Below, piece after piece: positions 23,694-29,192 of a stretch of 29,192 nt of DNA. The translations under genes and the position numbers were made by a program. Within the stretch, counting starts at the first letter, position 1. Each line of letters begins with the position of its first letter. Source of the stretch: a virus (Duplodnaviria; Heunggongvirae; Uroviricota; Caudoviricetes). The stretch lies in the IMG/VR virus record IMGVR_UViG_2700989521_000016; one strand, written 5' to 3'. A model generated the notes under the pieces. That model had not been told where the DNA came from. It made no database searches and saw only the letters and a program-made list of their open reading frames with translations.

Positions 23694-24232
23694 TGTGTAA
23701 CCCAGCCATCGCTTTGGTTGCCGTCACAGTGGCATCCACAGCCGCGTCAATGTACAGCCAGAGCAAGCAGGCAAAATACCAGTCAGCCATAGCTGATCGG
23801 AATACTGAAATTGCTGAAGCTCAGGCACAGGATTCAATCAATCGTGGGAATATTGAAGCGGATCAGCGTCGTCGTGAAATGCGTCAACGCTCAGGCACTG
23901 CGGCGGCCACTATGGGGGCTACCGGTGCGGAATTAAGTAGCGGAACAGCTCTTGACGTTTTTGCGGATAATGCTCAGTTCGGCACTCTTGATGCGTTAAC
24001 GACAGTGAATAATGCTCAGCGTGAGGCATATGGGTATCAGGTTCAGGGAATGAATGCTCAGGCACAGGGGGCTGCTGCTCAGTCGGCTGCTAAATCATCG
24101 ATGACCAGCACTTTGTTAACGGCACCACTAAAAGCATACGGTGCATACCAGATGGGCGGAGGAACGTGGAGCCCATTCTCTCAGAAGGCTGCGCCGATTT
24201 CTGCTGCTGTTGGCACTCCAACCGGTCGATAA
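23693..24232 (+). CDS. Internal virion protein B-like (podovirus gp14-like, tentative)
   Basis: 179 aa; begins MC, hydrophobic N-terminus, Ala/Gln-rich, ends ...TGR, as recalled for T7 gp14-type proteins. Confidence 0.6.
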   Translation: MCNPAIALVAVTVASTAASMYSQSKQAKYQSAIADRNTEIAEAQAQDSINRGNIEADQRRREMRQRSGTAAATMGATGAELSSGTALDVFADNAQFGTLDALTTVNNAQREAYGYQVQGMNAQAQGAAAQSAAKSSMTSTLLTAPLKAYGAYQMGGGTWSPFSQKAAPISAAVGTPTGR

Positions 24233-24244
24233 GGGGATAATAAG

Positions 24245-26677
24245 ATGCCAGTTGTACCAACAACATCGGGCCGTCAGGTTCAGAGCAGAGGGATTTCGAC
24301 GCAGGGATTCTCATCGTTTCAGACACCAAATGTCGGTGATGTACTTGGCGATGTTGCAGAGCAATATGCAGGTATTATTGCGCAGGCAAAACAGCGTGCG
24401 AATGTTGCTATGGCTCAGGATGCTTCTCTTAGCTTAAGCCAGATAAGCAGCGATCTGCTGAATAACCCTGAAACAGGTTTGCTTAACCTGAAAGGGAAAA
24501 ATGCTATTGGAAAAGGTCAGGAGTATACGCAGCAGCAGCGCATTCAGTTCACTACGCAGGCCGGGCGGCACGAGATAGGGCAAATTAATGCCTACGAAGA
24601 AGGTCAGTTTCAGGCGACGCTGCTGAATAATGGTAAAAATGCCGCAGCATTGTATGGCGACAATGCCGCATATGTATTGGCTAATAAGCAAACTTTCCAG
24701 CAAATTGAGGATTACGGCATTGCGCATGGCTGGAGCGACGAGCAAATCCAGGCCAAGAAAATCGAGTTTAAAGAGAAGGTTGCTGATGCCGCATTGTCCC
24801 AGTGGTCGGCAAACAATGCGACCGCATTCATCCAAAGTAATGGCGAGTTAAGTGATACTGCTGCTGGAGCTCGCCGTGCTGTAGCAGATAGTGACTCTTC
24901 CGAGCGTGCCCGTGGCATACGCAACAATAACCCAGGAAATCTCGAATACAGCAAAACTAATCCGTGGGTAGGCCAGACCGGTGATGATGGTCGATTTGCT
25001 AAATTCGAAACACCTGAACACGGGATTCGTGCATTAGGGCGAAACCTGATGTCGTATCAGAGGCAGGGTATTGATACCGTCAGCGAGATAATTAATCGCT
25101 GGGCACCGCCTACTGATAAAAATGATACTATGTCGTATATCAAAGCAGTGTGCGAACAACTTGGCGTTTCTGCTGATGATCCTCTCGATGCATCTAATCC
25201 TGATACCCTGAAGGCGCTTTGTGCAGCCATTATCCATCATGAGAACGGTAGCCAGCCATACAGTGATCAGCAGTTAACTGCTGGTGTCAGTGCAGCACTT
25301 GGTTTATCAACAATTCCAACCAACACCAAACGCTATACCGGTAATGCAGCATTCGATGCGGCATCTCCTGAGGCTCAGGCAAGTTTTATGCGACAGGCGG
25401 ATCAACTGCGTCGGCAGCAGCAGGCTGAATATAAAACGATAATTGACAGCAAGGTTCGCGATGCGACGGCTGCGTATATGCGTGGCGTTGAATTTCCTAA
25501 CCCACCTGGTGAGGATGATTTTATTGCAGCTTATGGCGTCAGAGAAGGAAACCTGCGATATACCGAGTTCAGAAATACGCAGATCGCCGGACAGTATATA
25601 GGCTCTTTCCGCAACATGCCGACAAGCAGCATTACCGCATATGTTGAGCAATTACGCCCGGATACTGGTGAGACAGGAGAGGGTTATGCGTCTCGCGCAG
25701 CTCTTTATGACAACGTTGTTTCGGCTGCAAATCAGGTGATAAAGCAGCGGCAGTCGGATCCTGTGCAGTTCTCTCTTGCCTCCGGACAGGCAAAGCCTAT
25801 CGACATGAGCAATAAGGATAACTTTGGACAGAGCGTTGCCTTGCGTGCCGCTCAGATCAGTGACCTTGCTAAGTCATATGGCACTCCACTGACGTTCTTT
25901 TCCAAAGACGAGGCCAATCAGATCGGTGTTTTCTTTCGTGATGCTCCAGTTTCCCAACAGGCAGCATATCTCGATACCATCAGGCAGAGCACTGGTGGTG
26001 GGCAGGTGTATATGTCAGCACTACAGCAGATCAGTGCCAACGCTCCATCTGCTGCCGTTGCCGGGATACTGATGGACAAGCCTGGTGGTATTTTGGCAGA
26101 AACAAACTGGTTTAATCCGGATGTTTCCGTGTCTCCTGAAACCGCTGCGCAGACAATTCTTGCTGGCGCGGCGGCTCGTAAAGGTACTGATGATGCGAAA
26201 GGTATTCCGATGCCTAAAGATGCTGATCTTCGCCTTGAGTTTTCTGACATGGTGAAGGATGCATTTGCTGGTGATGCTCAGGGGGCATCAATGGCATACG
26301 AGATCGCAAAGGACTATTACGCTGGTGTGATGGCGAAAAAAGGCGTGATATCAGGCGAAATTGACACTGATATCTGGAAACAGGCTGTTAACGTAGCTAC
26401 AGGTGGCGTGCATGACTATAACGGAATGGGGAATGTCCTTTTGCCGTGGGGAATGTCTGCAGAGCAATTCGATAAGCAGGTTAATCAGGCTTGGAATGAA
26501 CAAGTTGTCGGCACCGGGATAAAAACACCGCCTGGTCAGTATGGTTTGCAAAGTTACGGCGATAGTCAGTACCTGGTGAAACTTGGTACTGGTTATCTGC
26601 TGAAAGATGATGGTTCTCCCGTTGTTCTTAATCTGACACAGAAGCGTCAGAGATTCTCCGGAGATATTCCGCAATGA
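24245..26677 (+). CDS. Large internal virion/ejection protein (810 aa) with an embedded globular domain of possible enzymatic function
   Basis: Position and size match podovirus internal core proteins; conserved-looking segment RGIRNNNPGNLEYS...FAKFETPEHGIRALGRNL...IIHHENG at about nt 24905-25260. Confidence 0.7.
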   Translation: MPVVPTTSGRQVQSRGISTQGFSSFQTPNVGDVLGDVAEQYAGIIAQAKQRANVAMAQDASLSLSQISSDLLNNPETGLLNLKGKNAIGKGQEYTQQQRIQFTTQAGRHEIGQINAYEEGQFQATLLNNGKNAAALYGDNAAYVLANKQTFQQIEDYGIAHGWSDEQIQAKKIEFKEKVADAALSQWSANNATAFIQSNGELSDTAAGARRAVADSDSSERARGIRNNNPGNLEYSKTNPWVGQTGDDGRFAKFETPEHGIRALGRNLMSYQRQGIDTVSEIINRWAPPTDKNDTMSYIKAVCEQLGVSADDPLDASNPDTLKALCAAIIHHENGSQPYSDQQLTAGVSAALGLSTIPTNTKRYTGNAAFDAASPEAQASFMRQADQLRRQQQAEYKTIIDSKVRDATAAYMRGVEFPNPPGEDDFIAAYGVREGNLRYTEFRNTQIAGQYIGSFRNMPTSSITAYVEQLRPDTGETGEGYASRAALYDNVVSAANQVIKQRQSDPVQFSLASGQAKPIDMSNKDNFGQSVALRAAQISDLAKSYGTPLTFFSKDEANQIGVFFRDAPVSQQAAYLDTIRQSTGGGQVYMSALQQISANAPSAAVAGILMDKPGGILAETNWFNPDVSVSPETAAQTILAGAAARKGTDDAKGIPMPKDADLRLEFSDMVKDAFAGDAQGASMAYEIAKDYYAGVMAKKGVISGEIDTDIWKQAVNVATGGVHDYNGMGNVLLPWGMSAEQFDKQVNQAWNEQVVGTGIKTPPGQYGLQSYGDSQYLVKLGTGYLLKDDGSPVVLNLTQKRQRFSGDIPQ

Positions 26678-28476
26678 GTTACTTTGGCCTTAATCCAGTA
26701 AACCAGAATCAGCAGCTTGACGAAGCAGCATCAAATCCAGCTGGCTTTAACAGCGATGTTGGTTTTTTCGACAACGCTGTAGGAGCGGCATTGTCTGGTT
26801 TGTACTCCGGGCTGGTGGCAAAGCCAGATCAGTTGCTATGGGCAGGGATGGATAAAATCGTATCCCCGATTGCTCAGTTTGTTAACGAAAACACCTCGCT
26901 CAATGACACTTCAGTTTCATACATTGCTGAGCAGAGAAAACTAGCAGAGCAGCAGGTTAAGCGGCTGACGCCTGATGCCGCGACAACCGGAACCGCCGGG
27001 CAGGTTCTTTATGGGTTGTTCGATATGGGCGGGCAGGCTGTTGTCGGTACAACGCTCGGTGGTCCGGTCGGAGGTGCTGCGGCGGTAACTTCTCTACAGG
27101 GTTTTTCTGAGTTTGAACGGCTGACAGCACAGGGTGTTGATTTCAGGACGGCGCAGGAAGCGGGATTAGTGCAGGGTATTACTGCTGGTGCCGGAACACT
27201 GATCCCTATGAGCCTCGGGTTACGTGCTGGTGGTGCGCTGGCGGAAGGTGTGGCGGCTCAGCTTGCGCGGACGGGTGAAAGTTCAGTGCGACGCGCCGCA
27301 GCAACAGCAGTACGTGCAACGCCAGATATTGCCTATGCCGCAGGTACAAATATTGCGTTCGGTATGGCACAGCGTGGGCTTACTGCAAAAACGCTTCGTG
27401 ATGGTGGCTATAGCGAAATGGCTAACCAGTATGATGTGTTGGATCGACAGGCAATTGCTATTGATGCTGTTCTTGGGGTGGTGTTTGGTGGTGTCGGCAG
27501 ATTTATTAACTCTCGCGGCGAGCCTACAAGCGCACCAAATTTTTCACCAGTTGATATCGATGCTGCACTGGCGGCGAATGCCGCTCATCATGCTGAAATT
27601 GATATTGCTCCCGGCGTTCCGATCAACGTGCTTTCGCGTAATTCGCACATTCAGGCTCTGCGAAAAGCCATGTCTGATGTTAGCCAGGGGAGACCTGTAG
27701 ACGTTGCCAGCATTGTTGAGTCTGCATCTTTCAGTGAAATTCCTGGGCGCAAGAGTCTGCTGTCTCAGGCAGTTAATGAGGCTCTGTCATCTGTAGATGA
27801 TGGAGTAACGGCGCGCGCTATAGAAAATCGGTTGCTTGAAGAACAGGCCGCGCAGCTTTTGCCGCGTGGCGATAGACAGGTTTACCAGTCTGAAATCGCT
27901 AATAGCCAACGAATTATTGAAAATCTCACTGAACAGCGCGCACAAATTCTTGCAGAAGAGCCAACCGGTAGCGGTAAGGCTTTATCTCGTGCTCGATCAG
28001 ATAAACAGGCCAGACTTCGCGATATTGACCAACGAATCCGGCAGGCACAAGAACGCCTGGAATTTTCCCGTAACGCGTTGGCACCGCATGAGCCTGGCGG
28101 TCAGTTTTTTGAAGCTCGAGCAGAACTGGCACGGCGACAGCAGGCAGAAAGTGAACTTAATGCTCAGGCTGTTTCATTCTATAAAACAGCAGAGGTCAGG
28201 ACGCCAGACGAAGTAGCTCCTTTTGAGCCCGGTAAGATATTGCAACAGACAGAACAAAAAATGATGGCAGATCCGGCAGGAGATATTGATCTGCGTATAG
28301 CTGAAGACTCGCTGCTTGAATCTCCGGACATGATAATCACCGTGCTGGATGATGATGGTAATCCACAATCGCGCAGCGCGCGTGAAGTACTGGATGAAGC
28401 GAACAGGGAAAGTGAGCAGGCAATACAGGATTCCAGCCTGTTTGATGTCGCTGTGGCGTGTTTCTTGAGAGGTTAA
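26674..28476 (+). CDS. Internal virion/ejection protein (600 aa)
   Basis: Start overlaps previous stop (ATGA); Gly/Ala-rich N-terminal half, charged helical C-terminal half. Confidence 0.65.
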   Translation: MSYFGLNPVNQNQQLDEAASNPAGFNSDVGFFDNAVGAALSGLYSGLVAKPDQLLWAGMDKIVSPIAQFVNENTSLNDTSVSYIAEQRKLAEQQVKRLTPDAATTGTAGQVLYGLFDMGGQAVVGTTLGGPVGGAAAVTSLQGFSEFERLTAQGVDFRTAQEAGLVQGITAGAGTLIPMSLGLRAGGALAEGVAAQLARTGESSVRRAAATAVRATPDIAYAAGTNIAFGMAQRGLTAKTLRDGGYSEMANQYDVLDRQAIAIDAVLGVVFGGVGRFINSRGEPTSAPNFSPVDIDAALAANAAHHAEIDIAPGVPINVLSRNSHIQALRKAMSDVSQGRPVDVASIVESASFSEIPGRKSLLSQAVNEALSSVDDGVTARAIENRLLEEQAAQLLPRGDRQVYQSEIANSQRIIENLTEQRAQILAEEPTGSGKALSRARSDKQARLRDIDQRIRQAQERLEFSRNALAPHEPGGQFFEARAELARRQQAESELNAQAVSFYKTAEVRTPDEVAPFEPGKILQQTEQKMMADPAGDIDLRIAEDSLLESPDMIITVLDDDGNPQSRSAREVLDEANRESEQAIQDSSLFDVAVACFLRG

Positions 28477-28481
28477 ATTAA

Positions 28482-29192
28482 ATGAGACAGGAATGTATAC
28501 AAGCGGTCCAGCAGGCGGCGCAGCGCACGTTAACGGCGCGAGAAATACAGAACATTGAAGACCGCATTTATCGAAATATGCGCTCCATTGCTCGTGATGA
28601 CACGATGTCGTGGAGACAACTTTCCGAATCAGAGCGGCTATATCGTGCAGCACAATTGGCATCTGAAGAATTACAGCGAGAAGCGGCATTAAAGAAACGT
28701 CGTGTGGCCCTCACTATAGCCGCACGTCAGAGATTGGATAAATTTATCAATAGCTATCAAGGGGCTGATGGGAAACTTGGCGCTCTTAACCGTACTATTG
28801 CTTTTAATGCAGACGGTAAATCGAATTTCCTCTCTGTTGAATCCAGAACAAAAGCCACCCGTGAGTATGCATTGAGTCAATTGCAGGAGGCATTCGAAGC
28901 AGTTGATCCTCGCTTTTTTGGTCTGTTTGAAGATGAAGCGGGCGTACGTGACCTGGTATATGAAATGCGGGGGCAAAATACTGGCAATGCTAAAGCAAGA
29001 AAAGGTGCTAAGGCGTGGAGAGAAGTGACAGAGCTACTGCGCCGCCGGTTTAATGATGCTGGTGGGGACATTGGCTATCTCGAAAACTGGGGGATCCCTC
29101 AACATCATTCTATGGAAAAGGTTGGGGCGGTATCAAAGGATAAGTGGGTTAGCGATGTTATAGGTAAGCTGGATCGTAGACTGGCCCCCTGA
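28482..29192 (+). CDS. Hypothetical virion-module protein (236 aa); stop codon is the last three bases of the window
   Basis: Complete ORF, TGA at 29190-29192; charged/helical; no family recognised. Confidence 0.6.
   Translation: MRQECIQAVQQAAQRTLTAREIQNIEDRIYRNMRSIARDDTMSWRQLSESERLYRAAQLASEELQREAALKKRRVALTIAARQRLDKFINSYQGADGKLGALNRTIAFNADGKSNFLSVESRTKATREYALSQLQEAFEAVDPRFFGLFEDEAGVRDLVYEMRGQNTGNAKARKGAKAWREVTELLRRRFNDAGGDIGYLENWGIPQHHSMEKVGAVSKDKWVSDVIGKLDRRLAP

Overview
This window reads as about 29 kb of an integrated temperate phage of enterobacterial type, running from a P4-type tyrosine integrase at the left edge through early, replication, packaging and virion modules. All calls are from reading the sequence and the ORF track; homologies are from memory, not searches. 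Layout: integrase (1-1251, +); a leftward early operon on the minus strand (5006 down to 1255) with a small ORF, a hypothetical protein, a PD-(D/E)XK exonuclease, a Bet/RecT-type annealing protein, an AlpA-type excisionase, an MT-A70 adenine methyltransferase and a coupled small ORF; an immunity region with a tandem-HTH repressor (5160-5744, -) divergent from a Cro-like gene (5899-6129, +); lambda O-like and P-like replication genes with an iteron array inside the O-like gene; eight small genes of mostly unknown function (8211-11716); small and large terminase subunits (11835-13903); an opposite-strand cassette carrying a tRNA-Arg(UCU) and a 118-aa moron (13994-14624); then a podovirus-type virion module with portal, scaffold, major capsid, tail tubular A/B-like and large internal/ejection-type proteins (15052-29192). 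The most striking feature is a 15-bp palindrome, TTACC-N5-GGTAA, with seven perfect and several near-perfect copies, all in intergenic promoter regions: not only at the immunity promoters but also upstream of the nin-like operon, abutting the terminase start, and at the virion operon. This suggests one regulator wires early and late transcription. Other points worth follow-up are a 12-bp perfect palindrome (GTGACATGTCAC) present twice flanking the terminase genes, the tRNA/moron cassette with a terminator abutting the moron RBS, and a repressor with no recognisable autocleavage domain. I did not recognise a lysis cassette, an N/Q-type antiterminator or a phage RNA polymerase in the window.
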